Below are positions 1-9,648 of a stretch of 64,000 nucleotides of DNA, in pieces. The first letter of the stretch is position 1; each line of letters starts with the position of its first letter. The translations under genes were made by a program, and so were the position numbers. The stretch covers positions 26,388 through 90,387 of the forward strand of contig JANYGX010000010.1 in assembly GCA_025362295.1 (NCBI GenBank). The letters run 5' to 3'. Source of the DNA: Sphingomonadales bacterium (GTDB lineage Bacteria > Pseudomonadota > Alphaproteobacteria > Sphingomonadales > Sphingomonadaceae). The notes below the pieces were generated by a model, which saw nothing but the letters and a program-made list of their open reading frames with translations, searched no databases and was not told the origin of the DNA.

Positions 1-332
1 AATGCGCCCGCAGCCCCCCGTGTTACTGCAAGCACCGGGTGCAGCAGCACATGAATGGCGATACCGTGCGCCGTTAGCGCTGCCGTGATTGAATCAACGA
101 TGAACGGCATATCGTCGTTGACAATCATGATCGCCATGCGGCGACTGAAATCCCCGCTGCCGCGCTTGTGATCGAGGCTTTCAATCGCAACAACGGCCTC
201 GCCTGCCAGACGCGTGGTGCGCACAGCGGCTATGCGGTTGAGAATGGCCGTTGTATCGCTGGTGCGCAGCGCTGCCAGATCATCTGGCAGGGCCTTGGCA
301 AAAAAGACGTCTGCCAATCTGGTATCAGTCAT
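1..332 (-). CDS. NAD-specific glutamate dehydrogenase, N-terminal fragment (gene runs off the window start)
   Basis: Manual minus-strand translation from ATG at 332-330: MTDTRLADVFFAKALPDDL...RRMAIMIVNDDMPFIVDSITAALTAHGIAIHVLLHPVLAV. The VNDDMPF(I/L)VDS block is the recalled N-terminal signature of the large NAD-GDH family. It is not in the ORF track because it is truncated by the window edge. Confidence 0.5.
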   Translation of the reverse strand, partial: MTDTRLADVFFAKALPDDLAALRTSDTTAILNRIAAVRTTRLAGEAVVAIESLDHKRGSGDFSRRMAIMIVNDDMPFIVDSITAALTAHGIAIHVLLHPVLAVTRGAAGA

Positions 333-393
333 GGATTGTCCCTCAACAGTGCTGTGTGACTGCCAAAGCACCAAAGCTTCAAGCGCGTCGATA

Positions 394-1803
394 TCAGTGC
401 TTATTGAGGCGTCTCAACACAGTGTCAACCAGTTGTGCATCGGTCGGCGCAACCGCCACGATATCGGCGGTTTGGCTGCCTGGCTGGCGGCGGGCCACCA
501 GCAACACATAGTCACCCGTCACATCATCCGGAAGCGTGATGGTCGCCATGGCCGTGCGGCTGGCAAGCGCGCCCCGCACAAGGCTCGCCTTATCCACCCG
601 GCTGTTGCCCTTGGCTCTGGCACGCGCCTCACGTTCGGCGGCGACAACGCCTTTGAGGCCACCCTCGAAGCCGTCCAGCCACGCCCGGAAGGCGAGCGAT
701 GAAATATCTTCACGCTCGGCATAGCCAAGCGCTGCGGCATATTCTGTCAGACGGGTTTTATCGTAATCCGTCCCAAAGATCAGCTTGACCGTCGGCGTGT
801 ACGGCGCGCGCGGCTGCTGCACCAGATCGTGGTGAGCGAGCAACGCCTGAAACTGTTCGGGCTCAGCAGCGGCAGCCCCATGAAAGGCATAGGCCTGGGT
901 CAGCGCATCATAAAGGGCAGCGCGGGTGCGGCCATCGGACGAGCGCACCTGTTCAGCGGCAGCCTTGGCATGATCCAAGAGCACCAGCAGCGCTTCATTA
1001 TCTTGATGTACGTAAGGGGAATTTTCCGCTGCCGGTTCGAGCGCTGCTTCTGTTAAATCCAGCGTATCTGTATCACCCTCGTGAGCGGCGGCCTTGTCCC
1101 ACGCCAAACGTGCGTGTTCCGGAAAGCTCGCAACGACAGTTGCCGCACTGACCTCTTCCTTCCACGACAGCACGCCGTAAATGAAATTGATGCTGTCATC
1201 ATCGTCCGACAGCGGCAGCAATATGCCCCGGTACATGAGCGGATGGCCCTGGGCATTGGTGAATTCCGCCTCAAACCCGATGGGTGCGCGGTTGGCAATG
1301 ATTTCAAGATAATGGTCGGTCAGGCGCGACAGCAGGGATTTGCCTGGCACCTCATCGGGTTTGATATCGCTGACACCAAGGCCACACTCTTCGCGGAGGC
1401 CCTTGCCAATGTAACGCAACACGGCATTGTTTGGCCCTTGCGAGAAATCCATCAAAATGGAATGATCGCGAAAGCTTTCAATTGCCTCGGCCTGCAAATC
1501 GTGCACACTGGGAAAATTACGGCTGCCAAGCAGCGAGGCCCAGTAGTTATAAGCCCGCACGCTCACCCGGCGCTCATAGCCTGTAAGCTCCAGCGGCGCG
1601 TCCTCGATTACCGACTGTGTGTCAAGATCTAGAATATCTTCATGAGCATCCGCTGAAGCGGGAGCTTCTGCCAGTGCCGGATCGGCCGGGCTGATGTTCA
1701 ATCCAGCAACACCGAGGTCCAGTGGTTCGGCAGCATGATCAGGAGCAGCGTCATCAGGGTATATCATAGAAGCCAGCGCTCTGGGTTTGGGGGCGAGTGA
1801 CAT
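394..1803 (-). CDS. Hypothetical protein with an acidic N-terminus, a central PAS-like fold and a conserved C-terminal domain of unknown function
   Basis: 469-aa ORF. The central segment YNYWASLLGSRNFPSVHDL...LRYIGKGLREECG...LMYRGILLPLSDD resembles PAS_5/DUF1457-type domains of alphaproteobacteria. No other long ORF competes for this interval. Confidence 0.55.
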   Translation of the reverse strand: MSLAPKPRALASMIYPDDAAPDHAAEPLDLGVAGLNISPADPALAEAPASADAHEDILDLDTQSVIEDAPLELTGYERRVSVRAYNYWASLLGSRNFPSVHDLQAEAIESFRDHSILMDFSQGPNNAVLRYIGKGLREECGLGVSDIKPDEVPGKSLLSRLTDHYLEIIANRAPIGFEAEFTNAQGHPLMYRGILLPLSDDDDSINFIYGVLSWKEEVSAATVVASFPEHARLAWDKAAAHEGDTDTLDLTEAALEPAAENSPYVHQDNEALLVLLDHAKAAAEQVRSSDGRTRAALYDALTQAYAFHGAAAAEPEQFQALLAHHDLVQQPRAPYTPTVKLIFGTDYDKTRLTEYAAALGYAEREDISSLAFRAWLDGFEGGLKGVVAAEREARARAKGNSRVDKASLVRGALASRTAMATITLPDDVTGDYVLLVARRQPGSQTADIVAVAPTDAQLVDTVLRRLNKH

Positions 1804-2043
1804 GCATGGGCCTTTGTATAGACAATCAAGCTATACCCATAACAACAAGATGGTAAACCGACCGTTAACCAAAGGCCAGAGGTTTTTGGGGTCCGCCCAC
1901 TTGTCTGTTGTCGCGAGGAAAAAGGCGGGTACCAACCTTCGCTGGTATGAAGATCAAGATTTTAAACCGTATCCCTGACGCGAAGGCTTACATCCCCGAT
2001 TGCCCAGCCTCTGCCAGGGGTGGTGGGGCAGAAATTTTTACCT

Positions 2044-3342
2044 TCACAAAATATACCGGCTCAAATCTGAATTGCCAGCCAGTGTATCCAGCTGCTTGCG
2101 CACGAACGTGGCATCAATTTTCACCACTGTACCAGGCTTCTCGGAGGCATCAAAACTCACATCATCAACCAATTTTTCCATCACCGTCTGCAACCGCCGC
2201 GCGCCGATGTTCTCAACACTGTCGTTCACCTCAAAAGCAATGCGGGCAATTTCATCAATGCCGTCATCGGCAAATTCAAGCGTCACTTTCTCAGTGCCCA
2301 GCAGCGCTGCATATTGCTTGAGTAACGATGATTCCGTGTCCGCCAGTATGCGCCGGAAGTCGGCCTGATCCAAGCCCTTGAGTTCGACGCGGATGGGCAG
2401 GCGGCCTTGCAACTCGGGGAGCAGATCACTTGGCTTGGCGTTGTGAAAGGCCCCTGAGGCGATGAACAGGATATGGTCGGTTTTCACCGGGCCGTATTTG
2501 GTCGACACTGTCGTACCCTCAATCAGCGGCAGCAAATCCCGCTGCACGCCTTCGCGTGATACGCTGCCGCCCTGCACATTCGACACTGCAATCTTGTCGA
2601 TTTCATCAAGAAACACGATGCCGTTCTGCTCAGCGGATGTGACGGCATCGCGGACAATCTCATCCTGATCAATCAGCTTGTCGCTCTCCTCGGCCACCAG
2701 CACATCATGGGCCTGTTCGACGGTGAGTTTGCGCCGCTTGGTGCGCGTGTTACCAAAAGCTTTTCCCATCATTTCAGAAATATTGATCATGCCCACTTGC
2801 GCGCCGGGGATATCGAAGCTTGGCATTTGCGGACCGCTATCAAGCACTTCAAGCTCGATCTCTTTGTCGTTCAGTTCGTTGCCGCGCAGCTTGGTGCGAA
2901 ACATGTCGCGGGTTGAACTCGATGCGTCCTTGCCGACAAGCGCTTCCAGCACCCGCTCCTCAGCGGCTTTTTCAGCCTGCACTTTCACGGCACTGCGTCG
3001 GCTCTCGCGCGCCAGGCGCAGGGCTTCCTCGACCAGATCGCGGATAATGGAATCCACATCACGGCCCACATAGCCCACTTCCGTAAATTTAGTTGCCTCA
3101 ATCTTGATGAACGGCGCCCCAGCGAGCTTTGCTAGCCGCCGCGAAATTTCAGTTTTGCCGCAACCGGTTGGCCCGATCATCAGGATATTTTTCGGTGTCA
3201 CTTCTTCGCGCATTTGCCCGCTCAGCTGCTGGCGACGCCACCGGTTGCGCATGGCAATGGCGACGGCCCGTTTGGCGTCTCCCTGACCAACAATATAACG
3301 ATCAAGTTCAGCAACAATTTGTTTCGGCGTATAGTTGGTCAT
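2044..3342 (-). CDS. hslU: ATP-dependent protease ATPase subunit HslU
   Basis: 432 aa. N-terminus [37 protein letters not shown], Walker [16 protein letters not shown], Walker B FLDEIDK. Start overlaps the hslV stop. Confidence 0.95.
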   Translation of the reverse strand: MTNYTPKQIVAELDRYIVGQGDAKRAVAIAMRNRWRRQQLSGQMREEVTPKNILMIGPTGCGKTEISRRLAKLAGAPFIKIEATKFTEVGYVGRDVDSIIRDLVEEALRLARESRRSAVKVQAEKAAEERVLEALVGKDASSSTRDMFRTKLRGNELNDKEIELEVLDSGPQMPSFDIPGAQVGMINISEMMGKAFGNTRTKRRKLTVEQAHDVLVAEESDKLIDQDEIVRDAVTSAEQNGIVFLDEIDKIAVSNVQGGSVSREGVQRDLLPLIEGTTVSTKYGPVKTDHILFIASGAFHNAKPSDLLPELQGRLPIRVELKGLDQADFRRILADTESSLLKQYAALLGTEKVTLEFADDGIDEIARIAFEVNDSVENIGARRLQTVMEKLVDDVSFDASEKPGTVVKIDATFVRKQLDTLAGNSDLSRYIL

Positions 3343-3905
3343 TATTGTTCAATCATTTCTACAGTCAAATGGGTGTTGGTATAGACGCATATGTCAGACG
3401 CAATTTTGAGCGCCTTGCGGGCAATCGCCTCAGCATCCATATCCATGTCGATGAGCGCTCGCGCTGCCGAGAGCGCATAGTTGCCGCCAGAGCCGATGCC
3501 AATGAGGCCGTCTTCCGGCTCTAGCACATCGCCCGTGCCGGTCAGCACCAGCGAAACGTTCTTGTCCGCCACCGCCATCATCGCCTCCAGCCGCCGCAGA
3601 TAGCGATCTGTGCGCCAGTCCTTGGCGAGCTCAACCGCTGCGCGTGTCAGCTGGCCCGGATAGCGCTCCAGCTTTTGTTCCAGCCGTTCAAACAAGGTGA
3701 AGGCATCGGCTGTGGCTCCGGCAAACCCGCCGATGACTGTGCCATCGCCCAGACGGCGCACTTTTTTGGCATTGCCCTTCATAATGGTCGCTCCCATGCT
3801 CACCTGCCCGTCACCGGCGATCACCACCCGGCCCCCCTTGCGCACAGCAAGAATGGTGGTGCCATGCCAGTTGGCAGAGTCGTAAATAGAAGGCGTTTTG
3901 CTCAT
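3342..3905 (-). CDS. hslV: ATP-dependent protease peptidase subunit HslV
   Basis: 187 aa with [24 protein letters not shown] (catalytic Thr after processing). Lies immediately upstream of hslU. Confidence 0.95.
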   Translation of the reverse strand: MSKTPSIYDSANWHGTTILAVRKGGRVVIAGDGQVSMGATIMKGNAKKVRRLGDGTVIGGFAGATADAFTLFERLEQKLERYPGQLTRAAVELAKDWRTDRYLRRLEAMMAVADKNVSLVLTGTGDVLEPEDGLIGIGSGGNYALSAARALIDMDMDAEAIARKALKIASDICVYTNTHLTVEMIEQ

Positions 3906-3932
3906 AATGACCTCTCAATTGCGCTTCTGTCG

Positions 3933-3960
3933 ATATGGGGTAAGTGCAAGGGGATACAAG
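3933..3960 (-). promoter_or_regulatory. RpoH (sigma-32)-type heat-shock promoter for hslVU
   Basis: The minus strand reads CTTGTA-N14-CCCCATAT (-35 at 3960-3955, -10 at 3940-3933), about 28 nt upstream of the hslV ATG. This matches the recalled CTTGAA-N13-15-CCCCATnT consensus. Confidence 0.55.
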
Positions 3961-4077
3961 TGGGAAGTGGCCGTTATGCCATGGTAAAAACATAGGGCCT
4001 GTTGATCACACGCGAAATTAACGCACTTTCTGCTTGCCTGAAACCATAGTAACCCCTAGGACTGTGTTTCCTTTAAA

Positions 4078-4153
4078 GGGCGCTTAGCTCAGTTGGTAGA
4101 GCATCTCGTTTACACCGAGAGGGTCGGCAGTTCGAGCCTGTCAGCGCCCACCA
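4078..4153 (+). tRNA. tRNA-Val: tRNA-Val (anticodon TAC), CCA encoded
   Basis: Hand-folded cloverleaf: acceptor GGGCGCT/AGCGCCC, D arm GCTC..GAGC, anticodon stem TCTCG/CGAGA with loop TTTACAC, T arm GGCAG TTCGAGC CTGTC, 3' ACCA. Total 76 nt. Confidence 0.9.
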
Positions 4154-4158
4154 TGGGT

Positions 4159-4791
4159 TTATTGTCCCTGAAACCCAGCCTCAGTCTTCGCCCTGATCTC
4201 ATCCACCGTCACCCCCGGTGCCACCTCTTTCAGCACCAGCCCTTGCGGCCCGCGCTCGAACACGGCGAGATCTGTGATCACCAGATCAACCACGCCGACC
4301 CCGGTTAGCGGCAACGAGCAACGCTTTTTGAGTTTTGATGAACCATCCTTGGCGCAGTGCTCCATCAGCACCACCACGCGCTTGGCACCGGCGACCAAAT
4401 CCATCGCCCCGCCCATGCCCTTGACCAACTTGCCGGGCACCATCCAGTTGGCGAGGTCGCCGTTCTCGGCGACTTCCATGGCACCCAATATGGTGAGGTT
4501 GACATGGCCACCACGAATCATGGCAAAGCTTTCAGCGCTGCTAAAATAGCTTGAATAGGGAAGTTCAGTGATGGTTTGCTTGCCGGCATTAATAAGGTCC
4601 GCATCCTCCTCGCCGGCATATGGGAACGGCCCCATGCCCAGCATGCCGTTTTCCGATTGCAACACCACATGCATCCCTTCAGGGATGTGGTTGGCAACCA
4701 GTGTCGGGATGCCAATGCCAAGGTTGACATAAAACCCGTCGCGGAGTTCGCGGGCTGCCAGTGCTGCCATGTCGTCGCGTGTCCAGGCCAT
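4159..4791 (-). CDS. scoB: 3-oxoacid CoA-transferase subunit B
   Basis: 210 aa with ...[12 protein letters not shown]... and [12 protein letters not shown] motifs. Adjacent to and overlapping subunit A. Confidence 0.85.
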   Translation of the reverse strand: MAWTRDDMAALAARELRDGFYVNLGIGIPTLVANHIPEGMHVVLQSENGMLGMGPFPYAGEEDADLINAGKQTITELPYSSYFSSAESFAMIRGGHVNLTILGAMEVAENGDLANWMVPGKLVKGMGGAMDLVAGAKRVVVLMEHCAKDGSSKLKKRCSLPLTGVGVVDLVITDLAVFERGPQGLVLKEVAPGVTVDEIRAKTEAGFQGQ

Positions 4792-5501
4792 TATGCGGTC
4801 TCCCGCACGCGCGTGGTGCGCTGCTCGATGCGTTTTTCGTACACGGCGCCCTTGATCATCCGCTGCACATAAATGCCGGGAGTGTGCACATGATCGGGAT
4901 CGAAGCTGCCTGGAGGCACGATTTCTTCAACCTCAGCCACGGTCACCTTGCCTGCCGCTGCCATCACCTGATTAAAATTGCGCGCGGTTTTGTTATAGAC
5001 AAGATTGCCTTCGGTATCGGCCTTCCAGGCTTTTATGATGGCGAGATCGGCGACCAGTCCAGTCTCCATAACATATGACCGACCGGCGAAATCTTTATGC
5101 TCCTTACCCTCGGCGATCAGTGTGCCAACGCCAGTGGCTGTATAGAAGGCTGGTATACCCGCCCCGCCAGCGCGGATGCGCTCGGCCAGTGTGCCTTGCG
5201 GGGTGAACTCCAGCACAAGTTCCTTGGCAAGATATTGCCGCTCAAATTCCTTGTTCTCGCCGACATACGAGGCAACCATTGTGCTGATCTGGCGGGTGGT
5301 GAGCAGTTGCCCCAAACCAAAGCCATCAACGCCGGCATTGTTTGAAATAACCGTCAGGTTCTTAACGCCAGAGTCGCGTAAGGCCGCAATCAAGTTTTCC
5401 GGGATGCCGCACAAACCAAAGCCGCCGGACATGATCGTCATGCCGTCAAACAACAAGCCATCAAGTGCCATCAAGGCTGTGTCGTAGATTTTGCCTGCCA
5501 T
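4791..5501 (-). CDS. scoA: 3-oxoacid CoA-transferase subunit A
   Basis: 236 aa with [19 protein letters not shown] and ...[13 protein letters not shown]..., typical of CoA-transferase A subunits. Confidence 0.85.
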   Translation of the reverse strand: MAGKIYDTALMALDGLLFDGMTIMSGGFGLCGIPENLIAALRDSGVKNLTVISNNAGVDGFGLGQLLTTRQISTMVASYVGENKEFERQYLAKELVLEFTPQGTLAERIRAGGAGIPAFYTATGVGTLIAEGKEHKDFAGRSYVMETGLVADLAIIKAWKADTEGNLVYNKTARNFNQVMAAAGKVTVAEVEEIVPPGSFDPDHVHTPGIYVQRMIKGAVYEKRIEQRTTRVRETA

Positions 5502-5564
5502 ATCGAGCCTTTTCTAATCTGCTGCAGTGCATTATAGCCACGTTTAACACAGGATGGAACACGA

Positions 5565-6032
5565 ATGAAATATGCATGCACTGTTTTTATAGGCATTGCC
5601 ATGATCGCGTCACCGGTTTTTGCGCGGGACAGTCTTGGTGTGTTTGGTGATTGGGGGGCCTTCAGGGAGCGCGGCGCGTGCTACGCTATTGCGGCACCTA
5701 CGCGCGCAGATACTGGTAAACGCAGCGACCCCTATATCACCGTCAGCCAGTTCACAGCACAAGGCACGACCCCGCAAGTGATGGTCGCGGCAGGCACGGC
5801 TGTGCGCAGTGTATCGGTGCGCGCTGGCGGTCAGGGGTTTAAGCCGATTGCCAGAAACGATGCCGCGTGGATGCCGGACAGCCGCGGTGACCAGTTGCTG
5901 ATTCAGGCTTTTCAAGTCGGCAATAGCATAAACGTGGATATCACGACAGCACGCGGCAACCGGCTAAGGGACCAATATTCACTGAACGGTTTTGGCGATG
6001 CGTGGAAGGCCGCACAGGTGGCGTGTAAATAA
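5565..6032 (+). CDS. Small exported hypothetical protein
   Basis: 155 aa. N-terminal signal-like segment MKYACTVFIGIAMIASPVFA and paired Cys residues. No family recognised with confidence. Confidence 0.5.
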   Translation: MKYACTVFIGIAMIASPVFARDSLGVFGDWGAFRERGACYAIAAPTRADTGKRSDPYITVSQFTAQGTTPQVMVAAGTAVRSVSVRAGGQGFKPIARNDAAWMPDSRGDQLLIQAFQVGNSINVDITTARGNRLRDQYSLNGFGDAWKAAQVACK

Positions 6033-6135
6033 GCACCATTGCCGTTTCGGCGAAAACCGGCACACACAAAGATGATCCTCAACCTTCGCTGGGGTGATGG
6101 TTCAGTGATACAGTTCATGCATTGAACTGTTCCAC

Positions 6136-7605
6136 TTATTTTGGCTGGGCAGCCCCAATGCCATTTTGGATATGCCCGATATATTGACCGTTGGTGCCAT
6201 CGGTGAAAGATATTGACACCAGAAATGTTTCGACATTGCTGAGTGCATTTGGGCCGCTATTGAAACCAAATCTATAAGTATTGTAATAGAATTGATTCAC
6301 TGTGCGCCTATCATTAGATGCTATGTCGAAAATCTGACCAGTAGCCAATACAGTTTGCAAACTCTGTCCAGCTGAGGACAAAAGCAATTTTCCATCGTTT
6401 GTTAAACCGCTAGTATCACGCTCTATTACGAGAATATCATCATTCCTGTTTATGGCTATAGAGCCCGGTGCCAAATCGGGATTGATCATAAGCTCACTCC
6501 CCAAAACTTCAGTTATTACATGTTTTTTAGCATAAAATAAACCTGCATAGATTTTTTGAGTTGGGTCGTTGTCTAAAGTGTATGACGCGGTGAAGGTAAA
6601 ATTTGCTGAACTTGATACGCGCACTCTGCCAAACCCTAGACCAACAAAAGTTGCTTTTCCAAGGCTGGTATTAATTGACTGTCCAGTTCGGGCAATCGGT
6701 TTCAAGGCTGTCGGCAACCCTCTATACAATACAGTGTTGTTAAGGTCTGTAACACCTGGTCCACTGAGCGTTGCTGTTGAAAAAAAACTGTTACCATGAT
6801 CAATCCAGTATCCGGAATATGTCGCTGTTAAACCCGGATAGCCCGGTGCTGGCACATTAACCGATGGCACCAGTGTCGCATTGCCGAAAGCACCAGCATA
6901 AACCTGATCAACACCGTTGTTGTCAATCAATGTATAATAAATGCTACCTGTTTGATTGAGACTAATGGTTTTATTAGCACCAGAGCCAAGATATTGCGTA
7001 CCAAGCGTTGGTGTAAATGTATAAATTTCTGTGCTGTACAAGCTATAGTCAGCGGAAGAATTGGTGACGTTAACCACAACTTGATCTTTGACGTTAAGCA
7101 TCATGTCAGATAAATAAATATAACTTTGAGTGGCGCTGCCCGGAAATGTCACATGCGTCTGGCCTAATGGCACAATTGTCTGCAAACCACCGCCACCGAG
7201 AAAATAAGCACCGGCTTTGTCTCCGGTTGCATTATTCGTAGAAAACGCAACATGCCCCGCCGTGTTCACAACCACAGCATTGATCGTCTCATCCGGTGCC
7301 AGTGCGAGTGAGGAACCATATTTGCCTTTATCGCCAACCAATATCTTGTCGATGCCATTGTTTGACACAACGATATATTGTTTCGGCTGGCCATCGGCTG
7401 TCGTGTAATTTCCCGCCTGAACCAGCTGACCTGACGGCATCAGATTGCTTACGACTTGCAAGGACACTGTGGCGTTCGCTGGAACGGCAGCAACTGGCAA
7501 GCGCACCGGCGTCCACGTTATTGTTGCCGCGTGCACGGCACCTGTTGTCAGGGCGGACAGTATCGCCAACAACGAGAAAACAATTTTGCCTGGATGGATG
7601 GTCAT
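6136..7605 (-). CDS. Exported repeat protein with an NxxGxxAF-type (choice-of-anchor-like) repeat
   Basis: 489 aa. Signal peptide MTIHPGKIVFSLLAILSALTTGAVHA. Contains N-T-A-G-H-V-A-F, which matches the NxxGxxAF repeat, plus several degenerate copies. The gene is clearly AT-richer than its flanks. No PEP-CTERM tail. Confidence 0.5.
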   Translation of the reverse strand: MTIHPGKIVFSLLAILSALTTGAVHAATITWTPVRLPVAAVPANATVSLQVVSNLMPSGQLVQAGNYTTADGQPKQYIVVSNNGIDKILVGDKGKYGSSLALAPDETINAVVVNTAGHVAFSTNNATGDKAGAYFLGGGGLQTIVPLGQTHVTFPGSATQSYIYLSDMMLNVKDQVVVNVTNSSADYSLYSTEIYTFTPTLGTQYLGSGANKTISLNQTGSIYYTLIDNNGVDQVYAGAFGNATLVPSVNVPAPGYPGLTATYSGYWIDHGNSFFSTATLSGPGVTDLNNTVLYRGLPTALKPIARTGQSINTSLGKATFVGLGFGRVRVSSSANFTFTASYTLDNDPTQKIYAGLFYAKKHVITEVLGSELMINPDLAPGSIAINRNDDILVIERDTSGLTNDGKLLLSSAGQSLQTVLATGQIFDIASNDRRTVNQFYYNTYRFGFNSGPNALSNVETFLVSISFTDGTNGQYIGHIQNGIGAAQPK

Positions 7606-7728
7606 AGACGTTCCCTGAATTGGTTAATTTTCTATATATTATATATGGCGGTTTAGATAGTCAATCATGGTTATGACGGTTAACCAATAATTCACAAAGC
7701 CTATCAACGCACATCATAAACCACACAC

Positions 7729-7759
7729 AAAAACGCCCGACGTTTCCGCCGGGCGTTTT
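7729..7759 (-). terminator. Rho-independent terminator downstream of the OmpA-like gene
   Basis: The minus strand reads GAAAACGCCCGGCGGAAACGTCGGGCGTTTTTGTG: stem ACGCCCG/CGGGCGT followed by T5. Confidence 0.7.
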
Positions 7760-7781
7760 CAATTGTGTCTAACCTGTCCGC

Positions 7782-8912
7782 TTATTTTGGCGGGAAGGCG
7801 ATTTCAACGCGGCGGTTTTGCGGTTCGCGCACACCGTCGGCGGTTTCAACCAGTGGCTTGCTTTCGCCGAAGTGTGATTCTGCAATCACATTCGCTGGCA
7901 CACCAAGGGCCACCATACGCTTCATGGCAGCGTCGGCACGGCGTGCAGACAGGCCATCGTTGTACTTATCGGTGCCTGATTTATCAGCGTGTCCGGCAAG
8001 TTGCAGTGACATCTGGCCTGTATCTTTATAGGCCTTGGCTGCCGCTTGCAGAATTGCATCCGCTTCCTTGGTGATCACAGACTTGTTGAAATCAAAGAAG
8101 ATGATGAACGGACCCGGTGCTGCAGGTGGCGGCGGTGGGGGTGGCGGTGGTGGGGCTGCCTCAACCACTGCAGGCGGCGGTGCTGGCGGTGGCGGTGGTG
8201 GCGGGGCGACAACTTTCGGTGCACCACCAAAATTGTAGGTGAAACCAAGTTGCAAGTTGTGTGTGCGCACTCGGGTGCGCAAGTCTGCACCGCCGGTGGT
8301 CACATAATTAACTTTACCGACATTGAAGAATTTATAGCCAAGGTTCAGATCAACATTGTCTGAAATCGAGCGCTTTAAACCAGCAAGCACTTGCCAAGCA
8401 AAGCCTGAATAGCTGTCGCTCAAGAAAGCCGCGCCGCCGTTTGCAGCAAAATCGGTGTTCTTAACTTGTGCCACACCAACACCCGGGCCGACATAACCGG
8501 TCCACTTGTTGTCACCGCTCGACACGTCAAACAAACCGTTGACCATGAAGCTTAGCACACTGACTTTACCCGTCACATCCGATGCAAAGCCGTTGGCACC
8601 GGTAACCGCAGTACCCGTTGTATCAAGGCCGTTGATGCTTCTCAGCGATGCGCGCTGGTAGCCCAGCTCAAATTCCGGACGAAACAAACCGAAATCATAG
8701 CCCAGAGCGCCGTTGATGTTGTAGCCAGTTTTGGTGGCGGTGCGTACAGATGGATCAGCGTTAACAACACCTGCTGCGACCACTTTGTGATCTTGTTGCT
8801 GAAATATAGATGGGCCGCCAGTGAGGCTGCCGTACCAATAGCCGTCCTTGGCAAACGCCGGCGCTGCAAGCGCGGTCGAAACCAGGAGTGTGGCCATGCA
8901 GAAATTACGCAT
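7782..8912 (-). CDS. Outer-membrane protein: N-terminal beta-barrel, poly-Pro linker, C-terminal OmpA/peptidoglycan-binding domain
   Basis: Start trimmed to MRNFCMATLLVSTALAAPAFA (signal peptide). Two proline tracts (PPPPPPPAPPP, PPPPPPPPPPP). C-terminal OmpA motif LAGHADKSGTDKYNDGLSARRADA...NRRVEI. Confidence 0.85.
   Translation of the reverse strand: MRNFCMATLLVSTALAAPAFAKDGYWYGSLTGGPSIFQQQDHKVVAAGVVNADPSVRTATKTGYNINGALGYDFGLFRPEFELGYQRASLRSINGLDTTGTAVTGANGFASDVTGKVSVLSFMVNGLFDVSSGDNKWTGYVGPGVGVAQVKNTDFAANGGAAFLSDSYSGFAWQVLAGLKRSISDNVDLNLGYKFFNVGKVNYVTTGGADLRTRVRTHNLQLGFTYNFGGAPKVVAPPPPPPPAPPPAVVEAAPPPPPPPPPPAAPGPFIIFFDFNKSVITKEADAILQAAAKAYKDTGQMSLQLAGHADKSGTDKYNDGLSARRADAAMKRMVALGVPANVIAESHFGESKPLVETADGVREPQNRRVEIAFPPK
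8115..8210 (-). repeat. Low-complexity GGT/GGC-rich DNA encoding the poly-proline linker of the OmpA-like protein
   Basis: Runs of ggtggcggtggtgg on the plus strand. Homopolymeric codon repeats are prone to length variation. Confidence 0.8.
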
Positions 8913-9069
8913 GGGGATACCTTTCGTTAGGTTGCAGAGCCCACCAACCATTGGTAGAGGCCTGATGCTGCACTAGCGCAGAGTCTTTTAAGATGCAAGC
9001 CTATGGTGCATTATCCTGTTGTAATAATGCATCACTTTTGCATTAACCATGTCGTTCAGCGTGCATTCA

Positions 9070-9567
9070 TCAAGTGGCAATAAGGCCGTGCCCACGGAGC
9101 GCGGTTAATATTTGGCCAAGGGTGGCGCGCGCCTGACTATCGATGGTTGTGCCACCAGAGGGCGCCGGAATGGCGCCAGACTGCGCCTGCACAACTGTTT
9201 TACCAGCAACACTGAGGCTCGACACCGGCCAATCGCCGTTGTGCCAAAATGTGCCGTCATACCAGACAAACATCAGCTCTAGCCTTGCCCAGGCCAGAAA
9301 GCCCGGCGGCACGCTGAGGTAACGCCAACCGCCGTCGGTCCACAACGCCAGCATACCAGTTTGTGTCGCCCAAGCACCGGTTGCCGCTGCTGGCACCAGC
9401 CAGAGTTGGCCAGATACCGGCGAGGCGGGCGGCGTCGCGAGATAGCGGCTTTCCAGCACGGGATGCGTCAGGCCATCAACACGGAGCAGCGCCTCGTTGT
9501 GAGTAATTTCTTTCTGGGCCTGGCCAGCGGACAGCAGCGGCAGCTGAAGACGGGGGGAGTCAGTCAT
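9070..9567 (-). CDS. DUF2793-type phage/GTA tail-fibre-like protein
   Basis: Start trimmed to MTDSPRLQLPLLSAGQAQKEITHNEAL (recalled DUF2793 signature QAQKEVTHNEAL). C-terminus ...ILTALRGHGLIAT is typical of the family. Sits directly after the g15-like gene. Confidence 0.7.
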   Translation of the reverse strand: MTDSPRLQLPLLSAGQAQKEITHNEALLRVDGLTHPVLESRYLATPPASPVSGQLWLVPAAATGAWATQTGMLALWTDGGWRYLSVPPGFLAWARLELMFVWYDGTFWHNGDWPVSSLSVAGKTVVQAQSGAIPAPSGGTTIDSQARATLGQILTALRGHGLIAT

Positions 9568-9648
9568 GGGGAAAGTCCTTAAGTTGAGAGTGAGACAAAT
9601 TTTTCGTGGTTCCAACTCAAGGCTGGAATGATGCGTTTGCGCCAGCGG

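Noticed and set aside
4078-4160. tRNA-Val as an integration hotspot for an island.
   Set aside because: The tRNA is followed within 6 nt by the conserved scoB gene. There is no integrase and no repeat of the tRNA 3' end in the window.
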